DNA of 40,281 bases from an uncultured Ruminococcus sp. (lineage in GTDB: Bacteria; Bacillota; Clostridia; Oscillospirales; CAG-272). The stretch spans positions 1 to 40,281 of the forward strand of contig CAYZZJ010000002.1 in the NCBI GenBank assembly GCA_964482885.1, written 5' to 3'. A program made the position numbers and the translations under genes. Of the stretch, positions 1-6,772 are shown piece after piece (position 1 is the first letter of the stretch; every line of letters begins with the position of its first letter). A model generated the notes under the pieces. It was given only the letters and a program-made list of their open reading frames with translations. It was not told the origin of the DNA and did not search any database.

Positions 1-139
1 AAGCATAGTTACCGCTCTTGAGAACGGCCTGCTTAGCCATCTTGAAATGCTTGGACTTAGAACCCCAATAGCCCTTAGCGGCCTTGAGAACGTTCTTTCT
101 TCTCTTGCGCGTCATTATAGCGCCTTTAACTCTTGCCAT
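1..139 (-). CDS. rplT: 50S ribosomal protein L20, N-terminal part; the gene runs off the window start
   Basis: Reverse-strand translation from the ATG at 139 gives [46 protein letters not shown], a typical L20 N-terminus. A GGAGGA RBS lies at 149-154. The gene sits directly downstream of rpmI, as in the conserved infC-rpmI-rplT operon. Confidence 0.9.
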   Translation of the reverse strand, partial: MARVKGAIMTRKRRKNVLKAAKGYWGSKSKHFKMAKQAVLKSGNYA

Positions 140-183
140 TTTATATTATCCTCCAAATTTCTTAATTGTTCCTCAGTTCAGAA

Positions 184-378
184 TTACTTCTGAATAAGGG
201 TTCTGTAGATAGGCGCAAAGCTCTCGCTGAGAATAGCACCCTTGCGAAGATTTCTCTTACGCTTAGCAGTCTTGATACCGAGATTGTGACGGTGGTTGTT
301 GTGGTTCATCTTGATCTTGCCGGAACCGGTAAGAGAAAATCTCTTAGCAGATGCCTTATGTGTCTTGATTTTTCCCAT
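184..378 (-). CDS. rpmI: 50S ribosomal protein L35
   Basis: 64-aa basic protein [33 protein letters not shown]..., a typical L35 sequence, located between infC and rplT. Confidence 0.9.
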   Translation of the reverse strand: MGKIKTHKASAKRFSLTGSGKIKMNHNNHRHNLGIKTAKRKRNLRKGAILSESFAPIYRTLIQK

Positions 379-423
379 TTTTATACTCCTTTTCTGTGGG
401 CATTACCCAATTTTAAAACTAAT

Positions 424-954
424 TTACTTTTTCTCCTGCTTTACAGGGGAAAGAACGATGGACATATAGCGTCCGTCAAGTGAAGGCTTCTTATCGGTAG
501 CGCCAAAGCCCTCGAGCGCCTCCTGGAACGAGAGAATAACCTCTCTGCCGAGATCGGTATGTGCCATCTCTCTTCCCTTAAATCTTACAACAGCCTTTAC
601 TTTGTTACCCTCAGCCAGGAACTTCTTAGCTTGATTCACACGGGTGTCAAAATCATGCTGCTCAATTCTGCAGGAAAGCTGCACTTCCTTTACCTTAACA
701 ACGACTTGCTTCTTGCGAGCTTCCTTCTCTCTCTTATCACGCTCGAAACAGAACTTTCCGTAATCAATAGCGCGACAAACCGGCGGGGTGGCCGTAGGTG
801 CGATAAGAACGAGATCAACACCGTTCCCATAAGCGTAAGAACGAGCGTCCTCAAACTTCATAACGCCAAGCTGCTCATTGTTGATACCTATAAGTCTTAC
901 CTCTGGCGATTTAATTTCATCGTTAATAGGCAGATCCTTGTTGTTAGTGCTAAT
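424..954 (-). CDS. infC: Translation initiation factor IF-3, probably starting at a non-canonical ATT codon
   Basis: The translation INDEIKSPEVRLIGINNEQLGVMKFEDARSYA...VDLVLIAPTATPPVCRAIDYGKF...VKEVQLSCRIEQHDFDTRV matches the IF-3 N- and C-domains. The track ORF start at 1014 adds a non-IF3-like extension. An in-frame ATT at 954 lies 9 nt downstream of a GGAGG (964-968). ATT/AUU starts are the well-known autoregulatory feature of infC. Confidence 0.85.
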   Translation of the reverse strand: MSTNNKDLPINDEIKSPEVRLIGINNEQLGVMKFEDARSYAYGNGVDLVLIAPTATPPVCRAIDYGKFCFERDKREKEARKKQVVVKVKEVQLSCRIEQHDFDTRVNQAKKFLAEGNKVKAVVRFKGREMAHTDLGREVILSFQEALEGFGATDKKPSLDGRYMSIVLSPVKQEKK

Positions 955-1101
955 GGCTTTGTACCTCCAAAAAATGAAAAATGCATACAGAATCTCCGTA
1001 TGCATACAACCCACCTCAAAAGATGATAAGTATTAACCCGGCTCGCCTGTGCGGCAGGGTGAGAACGGAAATTCTACTTTGTTTTCAGACCTTCTGTCTG
1101 C
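955..1101 (-). promoter_or_regulatory. infC operon leader with a candidate L20-responsive attenuator
   Basis: About 147 nt of untranslated leader lies between the promoter and the infC RBS. An 8-bp hairpin (ATGCATAC / GTATGCAT, plus-strand coordinates 981-1005) is followed on the minus strand by TTTTCATTTTTT, directly before the SD. In Bacillus the infC-rpmI-rplT leader is an L20-controlled transcription attenuator (Rfam L20_leader). Homology to that model was not verified. Confidence 0.45.
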
Positions 1102-1107
1102 CATAAT

Positions 1108-1136
1108 ATTATAACACCGAAACCGTTGCTTGTCAA
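1108..1136 (-). promoter_or_regulatory. Sigma-A-type promoter of the infC-rpmI-rplT operon
   Basis: The minus strand reads TTGACA (1131-1136), a 17-nt spacer, then TATAAT (1108-1113), a perfect consensus. Confidence 0.6.
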
Positions 1137-1212
1137 CACCTTTTCGCAAAAAGTTGAAAAAAGTTGAAATAATTTTTCTTCGCCGAATTTTCCTTTATTT
1201 TTCGTCAACAGA

Positions 1213-1241
1213 TTGACAAATTCCTTGAATCGTGTTACAAT
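1213..1241 (+). promoter_or_regulatory. Sigma-A-type promoter driving tRNA-Leu
   Basis: TTGACA (1213-1218), a 17-nt spacer, then TACAAT (1236-1241). The tRNA begins 13 nt downstream. Confidence 0.6.
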
Positions 1242-1253
1242 ATCAACTGCTAC

Positions 1254-1336
1254 GCGGGTGTGGCGGAATTGGCAGACGCGCCAGACTTAGGATCTGGTGG
1301 TAATCCGTGCAGGTTCAAGTCCTGTCACCCGCACCA
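1254..1336 (+). tRNA. tRNA-Leu, anticodon TAG, type II with a long variable arm and encoded CCA
   Basis: The acceptor stem is GCGGGTG / CACCCGC. The anticodon stem-loop is CCAGA-CTTAGGA-TCTGG, with TAG in the anticodon position. There is a long variable arm, the T-loop is GGTTCAAGTCC, and the 3' end is ACCA. Confidence 0.9.
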
Positions 1337-1457
1337 TCAAGCAAAGTTGATTATCCCCGGTTTTCGGTGAATAGGACTTGAAGTAGGAGCGGTAGTGAAT
1401 GACAGTCCGGTGGACTGTCAGAGCCGCGAAAGACCGCAGCGCGCAGCTCGCGCGAGA

Positions 1458-1497
1458 ATCAAGTCCTCTCACCCGCACCCAAGCAAAAGTGGTGATC
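1458..1497 (+). repeat. Partial duplicate of the tRNA-Leu 3' end (T-loop, 3' acceptor strand and 3' flank); not a functional tRNA
   Basis: ATCAAGTCCTCTCACCCGCACCCAAGCAAAAGTGGTGAT aligns with 1314-1352 (TTCAAGTCCTGTCACCCGCACCATCAAGCAAAGTTGAT) at roughly 35 of 40 positions. No matching 5' acceptor strand, D arm or anticodon arm lies upstream. Confidence 0.55.
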
Positions 1498-1520
1498 AAA
1501 ACGTATTCACCGCACCGATA

Positions 1521-1547
1521 GGCTCGACTCGTTCGAGCCATTATTTG
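1521..1547 (+). terminator. Terminator-like hairpin ending the tRNA-Leu transcript or leader
   Basis: GGCTCGA-CTCGT-TCGAGCC (7-bp stem) is followed by ATTATTT. It lies just upstream of the RBS (GGAG at 1552-1555) of the transporter gene. Confidence 0.45.
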
Positions 1548-1562
1548 GTTATGGAGTAAATT

Positions 1563-2546
1563 ATGGAAGCATTTTTAGCCATTTTATCTCCCGTACTCAT
1601 GCTGTTCACGTGCATGGTTATAGGGTACGCACTCAGGAAGACAAATACCGTATCAAACGAAGCTGCAACAACTCTTGCAAAGCTTGAAAACTGGGTGTTC
1701 TGCCCCTCCCTTGCGTTTATGTCGATGGCGGCCACGTTCACTCCCGAATCAATCTCCAAGCACTCGACTAACCTCGCCTTTGCCGTAGTTCTCGTATCTT
1801 TGGCGTTGGCTATCGGTATATCCCTTTCTTTCATATTCGTTAAAGAAAAGTGCTATGAGCGCAGTGTTTACCAATATGCTCTCGTTTTCGCCAATCTCGG
1901 CTATATGGCCGATCCGTTGGTACAGGGGCTTTTCGGAGATGCCGTGCTTGGCGCGTACAAGTTTTTCTGCCTGCCTTTTACTATCGTTATTTACATTTGG
2001 GGCATAAACATACTTACGCCCGACACAGAGGATAAACGTTTCACACTCAAGAGAATAATAAATATGCCGACGGTCTTTTTGCTTGTCGGTGTGCTTGCGG
2101 GACTTACAGGCGCACTTGCGTATATACCCGATTTCATTATTAAAACGCTGAACTCTCTTAAAGTGTGTATGGGACCCGTCGCTATGCTGATAGCCGGAAT
2201 TACAATTGCAAAATTTGACGTTAAGAAGCTTTTACTCAACAAAAAGGTGTACGTTGCCTCGCTATTCCGTCTGATTATTCTCCCTGCACTTCTGGTCGGC
2301 TTCGCGATCGGATTGCGCGCTTTCATCAATAGCGTCTTTGGTTTATCGGTAGGCGCAGAGCCGATTTATTTTGCATTTTTCGCATTGGCTATGCCACTGG
2401 GAATGAATACCGTTGTATTTCCCGAGGCGTTTGGCGGAGATCCCGAGCCGGGTGCGAGCATGGCTTTGATTTCCTCAGCCTTCTCGATTGCAACCGTTCC
2501 GCTGCTTTATATGCTCTTGAACGCGCTTGTGCCGGCGCCGTTCTGA
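1563..2546 (+). CDS. AEC (auxin efflux carrier) family permease
   Basis: 327-aa polytopic membrane protein with about 10 hydrophobic segments in two halves separated by a short polar linker. The length and architecture are typical of the Mem_trans/AEC family. A GGAG lies 6 nt upstream of the ATG. Confidence 0.7.
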   Translation: MEAFLAILSPVLMLFTCMVIGYALRKTNTVSNEAATTLAKLENWVFCPSLAFMSMAATFTPESISKHSTNLAFAVVLVSLALAIGISLSFIFVKEKCYERSVYQYALVFANLGYMADPLVQGLFGDAVLGAYKFFCLPFTIVIYIWGINILTPDTEDKRFTLKRIINMPTVFLLVGVLAGLTGALAYIPDFIIKTLNSLKVCMGPVAMLIAGITIAKFDVKKLLLNKKVYVASLFRLIILPALLVGFAIGLRAFINSVFGLSVGAEPIYFAFFALAMPLGMNTVVFPEAFGGDPEPGASMALISSAFSIATVPLLYMLLNALVPAPF

Positions 2547-2561
2547 TAAATTTCACGACTT

Positions 2562-2590
2562 AAAAGAGCTGCCACATGAGCAGCTCTTTT
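2562..2590. terminator. Bidirectional intrinsic terminator between convergent genes
   Basis: AAAAGAGCTGC - 7-nt loop - GCAGCTCTTTT: an 11-bp stem with an A-tract on one side and a T-tract on the other. Confidence 0.6.
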
Positions 2591-2593
2591 GTC

Positions 2594-3157
2594 TTAATCG
2601 TCATTCAAAAATCTTTCTTTGTAAAAAGCTTTAATCTTCTCGTGATATACCTCATCGGGAAAATCGCCACGAAGAAAGGTGTAGTCAGCCATGCTCATCG
2701 TTACCGAAGTCTGGAACAGCTCCTCCTCATGCTTATCAAGCTCAAGGAATTGCTCGAACGTAACGTGATCGCGCGCGCTGCCTCGTGCGACTGTTCTCTC
2801 CCAGCGCTTGCGGTCGCTTTCAACCACGATGCCAACGAGGAAGAACTGGTCACCAAACGCCTCTTTGAAGTTATGCACGTCAGAGGGCGGCCTGATGCCC
2901 GAAACAAGCACGTTGGGTACATTCATCTCCTTAATGCGCCCAATGAGCTTCTTAGGGAAAAAGTCCTGACCGTACGCAGACATATATTTTTTTGATATGT
3001 AATGCAGATTGTCTCTCGTCTTTTCCAAGCCCTCAGCCTCTGCAAGCTCTCTCACTATATCTCCTACGGATAGCATGGGAACGCCGAACTCTCGGGATAT
3101 AAATTCAAGAAAATAATCCTTTCCCGATGCATTTTTACCAACTGCCGCAATAATCAT
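2594..3157 (-). CDS. P-loop NTPase, small nucleotide/nucleoside-kinase-like protein of unknown specificity
   Basis: The 187-aa protein starts MIIAAVGKNASGKDYF (Walker A GxxxxGK[DST]). Its size and layout resemble dephospho-CoA-kinase/dNMP-kinase-like AAA proteins. A GGAGGG RBS lies 9 nt upstream of the ATG. Confidence 0.55.
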   Translation of the reverse strand: MIIAAVGKNASGKDYFLEFISREFGVPMLSVGDIVRELAEAEGLEKTRDNLHYISKKYMSAYGQDFFPKKLIGRIKEMNVPNVLVSGIRPPSDVHNFKEAFGDQFFLVGIVVESDRKRWERTVARGSARDHVTFEQFLELDKHEEELFQTSVTMSMADYTFLRGDFPDEVYHEKIKAFYKERFLNDD

Positions 3158-3196
3158 TTCAAGAGGCCCTCCAAAGTAAATACCTTAACAACAAGC

Positions 3197-3225
3197 ATTT
3201 TAGCACACCAAAATCTAAATGTCAA
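3197..3225 (-). promoter_or_regulatory. Sigma-A-type promoter for the P-loop gene
   Basis: The minus strand reads TTGACA (3220-3225), a 17-nt spacer, then TAAAAT (3197-3202). Confidence 0.5.
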
Positions 3226-3329
3226 CCGTCAAGCTGAATAAATTTCTCTTGTTTTTAATTTTTAATAAAGCGCGCGCTCTTGCACCCAAAGTATTAATAT
3301 ATTTCGCTCGGTATATTTTAATAATTTGC

Positions 3330-3358
3330 TTGACATCGCAAAATGCGCGTGTTATAAT
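3330..3358 (+). promoter_or_regulatory. Sigma-A-type promoter for the YbjN-like gene
   Basis: TTGACA (3330-3335), a 17-nt spacer, then TATAAT (3353-3358), a perfect consensus. Confidence 0.6.
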
Positions 3359-3390
3359 TAGTTAAAACTACAATTTAAGGAGCAATAGAC

Positions 3391-3828
3391 ATGTTTGGTT
3401 TTGGTAAGAAAAACGAAAAGCCCGAGGATAAAGCTGTATCTGCTTTCACTGCTGCACTGAGATCCGAGGGTATCAATTTCTCGAAGAGCGATGATAAGCC
3501 CTCCGTATTCATCAAGTACAATGGTGACAACTTTAACAACCTCACCTTCTCCTTCTTCTTCGACGAGGGCGGAGATGCAGTTTCCGTTAAGGTGTTCTCC
3601 ATCATGCAGTTCACCAAGGCTCAGCTTGCTGATGCTTACAAGTTCTGTAACGAGATGAACAACGAGTGGAGATGGATCAGATTCTACGTTGACAGCGACG
3701 ATGAGTTCACCGCTGATATGGACGCTGTTGTTTATCCCGATTCGCCCAGCTGCGGTCAGGATTGCGTAGCGCTCCTTCGCCGTGCGGTTCGCATCGTTGA
3801 CAAGGTTTGCGGCGAGCTCAACTCCTAA
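3391..3828 (+). CDS. YbjN-domain-like small cytoplasmic protein
   Basis: 145-aa acidic protein. The segment CNEMNNEWRWIRFYVDSDDEFTADMDAVV resembles the conserved core of the YbjN / putative sensory transduction regulator family. It has an AAGGAG RBS, its own promoter and its own terminator, so it is monocistronic. Confidence 0.5.
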   Translation: MFGFGKKNEKPEDKAVSAFTAALRSEGINFSKSDDKPSVFIKYNGDNFNNLTFSFFFDEGGDAVSVKVFSIMQFTKAQLADAYKFCNEMNNEWRWIRFYVDSDDEFTADMDAVVYPDSPSCGQDCVALLRRAVRIVDKVCGELNS

Positions 3829-3851
3829 TCGTCTCCACTGACAAAGATATG

Positions 3852-3879
3852 AAAAGCCAACTCCGTGGAGTTGGTTTTT
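3852..3879. terminator. Bidirectional intrinsic terminator between the YbjN-like gene and dinB
   Basis: AAAAGCCAACTCC...GGAGTTGGTTTTT hairpin flanked by A- and T-tracts. Confidence 0.6.
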
Positions 3880-3887
3880 CATTTTTA

Positions 3888-5105
3888 TCATGTTTTCGGC
3901 TCAAAGCTGCCCACTTTCTCGTCCATATCCGCCGCCTTATAGATGGCCTCTGAGCCGAATCTGCGTTTTATCTCGTCAACTACGACCTCGCCACGCCTTA
4001 TCCTCTCTCTTGTATTTTGGGCAGCTTGGTTTTCAAACATATCTATTTGCTCGGACGAGGTATCACTGCCGCTCAAATTTTGCGCCGTCACGGTTATGCT
4101 GCGGATAGGTTTTCCTGACGTCCAGAACTCCTTGATAATCCGCATAGCGGCGTCGGATATTTCTCTTCCTATGTCGCTTGGATTTTGCAATGCGCACTGC
4201 CTTTGCACAACGCGCATGTACTCGTCTTTAACGGAAACGGAGATCGTAGAGGTCTGTTGTGAGTGTCGCCTTAGCCGCCTGCCGATTTCCTCGGAGAGTA
4301 AATCAACACCGCTTTTGATCTGCTCAATTTTAACCAGATCCTGCTTGAATGTAAAACCGTTTCCAACGCTTTTTGCATCTTCGACGGGAGGCGTTACGGC
4401 GGAATAGTCTTCTCCTCTTGCATATCTATAGATCATATCACCGAACTTACCCATCTTGTTTCGCAAAAACTCCGGCGGTGCACTCGCAAGGTCGCCTATG
4501 GTCCTGATTCCCAAGCGCGACAGCTCCTCAATAGATTTCTTCCCCACAAACAGAAGATCTCCAACGGGAAGAGGATATACTATGCGCGAATAATTTTCTC
4601 TATTGATTACTGTAACGGCATCGGGCTTTTTGTAATCACTTCCCAGCTTGGCGAAGACCTTATTAAACGAAACTCCAATGGAAACGGTAATGCCTATTTC
4701 CTCTCGTACCCTTCTTCTGATTTCTTCAGCTATATGCAAGCCACTTCCGAAGGCACGCTCACTGGCTGTGACATCCAGCCAACTTTCGTCTATTCCAAAC
4801 GGCTCTACAAGATCGGTGTATTCACGGTATATTTTGTTAATCCTTTCCGAAAACTCTACATATGTGTCATAATGAGGTTTGGCTACAAGCAGCTCAGGGC
4901 AGGCACGCTTGGCGGAATAGACGGTATCCGCCGTTCTTATTCCATAGCCTTTCGCCAGCTCGTTCTTAGCGAGAACTATTCCATGCCTTTCCTCCTGGCT
5001 TCCGCACACCGCCATGGGCACGCTGCGGAACTCGGGATTCAGCGCAGTCTCAACCGATGCGAAAAAGCTGTTGCAATCGCAGTGCAATATTACCCTGTCA
5101 CGCAT
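3888..5105 (-). CDS. dinB: DNA polymerase IV (Y-family translesion polymerase)
   Basis: The 405-aa protein starts MRDRVILHCDCNSFFASVE and continues ...SIDESWLDVT...SIGVSFNKVFAKLGSDYKKPD, the hallmark Y-family motifs. An AGGAGG RBS is present. Confidence 0.9.
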   Translation of the reverse strand: MRDRVILHCDCNSFFASVETALNPEFRSVPMAVCGSQEERHGIVLAKNELAKGYGIRTADTVYSAKRACPELLVAKPHYDTYVEFSERINKIYREYTDLVEPFGIDESWLDVTASERAFGSGLHIAEEIRRRVREEIGITVSIGVSFNKVFAKLGSDYKKPDAVTVINRENYSRIVYPLPVGDLLFVGKKSIEELSRLGIRTIGDLASAPPEFLRNKMGKFGDMIYRYARGEDYSAVTPPVEDAKSVGNGFTFKQDLVKIEQIKSGVDLLSEEIGRRLRRHSQQTSTISVSVKDEYMRVVQRQCALQNPSDIGREISDAAMRIIKEFWTSGKPIRSITVTAQNLSGSDTSSEQIDMFENQAAQNTRERIRRGEVVVDEIKRRFGSEAIYKAADMDEKVGSFEPKT

Positions 5106-5125
5106 TCGTGCCTCCTTAAAACAAA

Positions 5126-6616
5126 TTAGATTATCTCAGAGTGCTTACGCCTTACGTATTCGCCCTCATTGATAGTGAACCAAAACTCGCAGCCCTTTTC
5201 CTTGACTTCAAGACCGATTTCCCCGCCATGAGCATCGATTACGCTCTTGCAGATATAAAGCCCGAGTCCGACCCCCTCTTTGTCAAGTCCGCGGCTTTTA
5301 TCGGTCTTGTAAAAGCGATCAAATACGCGAGCGGCGTCCTCTTCGCTCATCAATTGTCCGTCATCATAGACCGAAACACGTATTTTTTTCTCAGGCAGCT
5401 TCTCTATTCTGAAAATGAATCTTCCTCCGGCATCCGAAAACTTAAGAGCGTTGTGACACAAATTGTATATAACCTGATGTATCGCGTCCTTGTCAGCGTA
5501 AGCGAATACGTCATCCTCGTCGCTTACAAACTCGGCTTCAAGATGTTTCTCATCTATCTTCTGCTCAAACGAAACAAGCAGGAGTCTTGACAGCTCGGCT
5601 ATGTTAAAGCTCTCGAATGTAAATTTGCGATCGCCGGAGTCTATACGCGATATATCCAACAGCTGTGAAACCAGCCTTGAAAGGCGATGCACCTCGCTTT
5701 GTATAATACCAAGATAATGATTGTGCTGCTCGGGAGGGATTGCACCTGAGGTTATACCGTCGATAAAGCCGGATATCGTTGTCATCGGTGTTCGCAAGTC
5801 GTGCGAAACGCTCGCCAGGAAGGTGTTTCTCATCTTTTCGAGGTTTGCGAGCGACTCCGCCATATTGTTGAACGCAGCACTGAGTGCGGCAACCTCATCG
5901 GATCCGCTGACCAATATTCTCTCGCTGAAATCTCCCTTTGCAAACTTCTTCGCGGCGACAGTCATGGATTTTAAGGGATGAACTATCCTATCGGTTATGA
6001 AGTATGCCGCCACCAAAGCCGCCATCATAACCCATATAGAGCCGTTGATAACCGCTCTTCTCGTAACGCCGATAAGCCTGTCCTCCGAGGTAAGCGCAGA
6101 AAGCGCAAAAACATATCCTCTTATCGTACCGTTGGTTTTAATAGGCTTGCCGTACATGAGATTTTTTTCATCGGTAATACCGTGCAGCTCTCCGCTGTAA
6201 ACAAGGAAGCTCTCGCCCTCCTCATTATCCTCTATATCGAAGCTGTTTCGGTCAATTTTGCCGAGATTCCCCTGCGTGCTGGGGAGCCCCTCATCCGTGC
6301 GGACAATCGTTGAAAGCAGTACTACGCCGTCAGCGTTTGTAATCAGAAGATTGAAGTCGTAATCCAGGGTTATAAGCGGGAAAAGCGTTACAACACTCGA
6401 ACCAAAATCGGCGGATATATAGGATTCGAGATCCTCGACGCCCGCATCCTCAAAGTGTTGCGATACAAGGGTGCTGGACAGCTCGAGCTTTTGCTGCTTA
6501 TCCCCTCTTGTATGTGTATGTATAATTGATATTATTATGCCCGAAAGCATCAAAAATCCAACGAGTATGATTATCGTGAGTGCCGTCAGGTATTTCGAAA
6601 ACGAGCTCTTAAACAT
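5126..6616 (-). CDS. Membrane sensor histidine kinase (2 TM + extracytoplasmic domain + HAMP + HisKA + HATPase_c); no cognate response regulator nearby
   Basis: H-box FLASVSHDLRTPMTTISGF, N-box HNALKFS, G-boxes DDGQLM and GVGLGL. TM helices flank a sensor domain of about 170 aa. The start was moved to the ATG at 6616 (AGGAG 4-5 nt upstream), because the predicted -10 box at 6651-6656 lies inside the longer track ORF. Confidence 0.85.
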   Translation of the reverse strand: MFKSSFSKYLTALTIIILVGFLMLSGIIISIIHTHTRGDKQQKLELSSTLVSQHFEDAGVEDLESYISADFGSSVVTLFPLITLDYDFNLLITNADGVVLLSTIVRTDEGLPSTQGNLGKIDRNSFDIEDNEEGESFLVYSGELHGITDEKNLMYGKPIKTNGTIRGYVFALSALTSEDRLIGVTRRAVINGSIWVMMAALVAAYFITDRIVHPLKSMTVAAKKFAKGDFSERILVSGSDEVAALSAAFNNMAESLANLEKMRNTFLASVSHDLRTPMTTISGFIDGITSGAIPPEQHNHYLGIIQSEVHRLSRLVSQLLDISRIDSGDRKFTFESFNIAELSRLLLVSFEQKIDEKHLEAEFVSDEDDVFAYADKDAIHQVIYNLCHNALKFSDAGGRFIFRIEKLPEKKIRVSVYDDGQLMSEEDAARVFDRFYKTDKSRGLDKEGVGLGLYICKSVIDAHGGEIGLEVKEKGCEFWFTINEGEYVRRKHSEII

Positions 6617-6650
6617 AAACTCTCCTATCGTTAGGGTTTTAGTCAATAGT

Positions 6651-6680
6651 ATTATAATATATTTTAGCACCTTATGTCAA
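6651..6680 (-). promoter_or_regulatory. Sigma-A-type promoter for the histidine kinase (and probably dinB)
   Basis: The minus strand reads TTGACA (6675-6680), an 18-nt spacer, then TATAAT (6651-6656). Confidence 0.45.
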
Positions 6681-6699
6681 ACAATTTTAGACAATAAGA

Positions 6700-6728
6700 T
6701 TGACTAAGTGTAAATTCTGTGATAAAAT
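6700..6728 (+). promoter_or_regulatory. Sigma-A-type promoter for gltX
   Basis: TTGACT (6700-6705), a 17-nt spacer, then TAAAAT (6723-6728). Confidence 0.5.
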
Positions 6729-6772
6729 ATTGGGTGTTAAAAAACTGATATTTAAAACGAGGTAATATTTCA

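Noticed and set aside
1287-1541. An 84-aa minus-strand ORF covering tRNA-Leu and the structured spacer.
   Set aside because: It overlaps a bona fide tRNA gene on the opposite strand, has Arg/Ser/Cys-rich junk composition and has no RBS.
3219-3365. A 48-codon hydrophobic small ORF (MSTVKLNKFLLFLIFNKARALAPK...) in the divergent promoter region.
   Set aside because: It has no SD sequence, it begins inside the minus-strand -35 box and runs through the plus-strand promoter, and the AT-rich sequence explains the open frame.
3358-3891. A 177-aa ORF antisense to the YbjN-like gene that also overlaps the dinB stop.
   Set aside because: It spans a promoter, a terminator hairpin and the whole opposite-strand gene. 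There is no RBS. The plus-strand gene has a perfect promoter, an RBS and a terminator.
5106-5300. I looked for a Firmicutes LexA (Cheo) box, GAAC-N4-GTTC, upstream of dinB.
   Set aside because: The only GAAC-containing segment (GAACCAAAACTC) lacks the GTTC half-site, so no SOS box is called.
6617-6670. N-terminal extensions in the ORF track: histidine kinase from 6670, lon from 16499, engB from 18780, scpB from 21031, dacB from 22790, the small ORF from 24555, tgt from 26341, ymcA from 31344, the SDR from 35552 and Nudix from 8181.
   Set aside because: In each case the upstream start lacks an RBS and overlaps the preceding gene or a promoter, whereas an internal ATG has a good SD at 4-10 nt and gives the family-typical N-terminus.
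6671-6772. A possible T-box or other leader upstream of gltX.
   Set aside because: The region is only about 100 nt, with about 45 nt between the -10 box and the ATG. That is too short for a T-box, and no specifier or antiterminator structure is visible.
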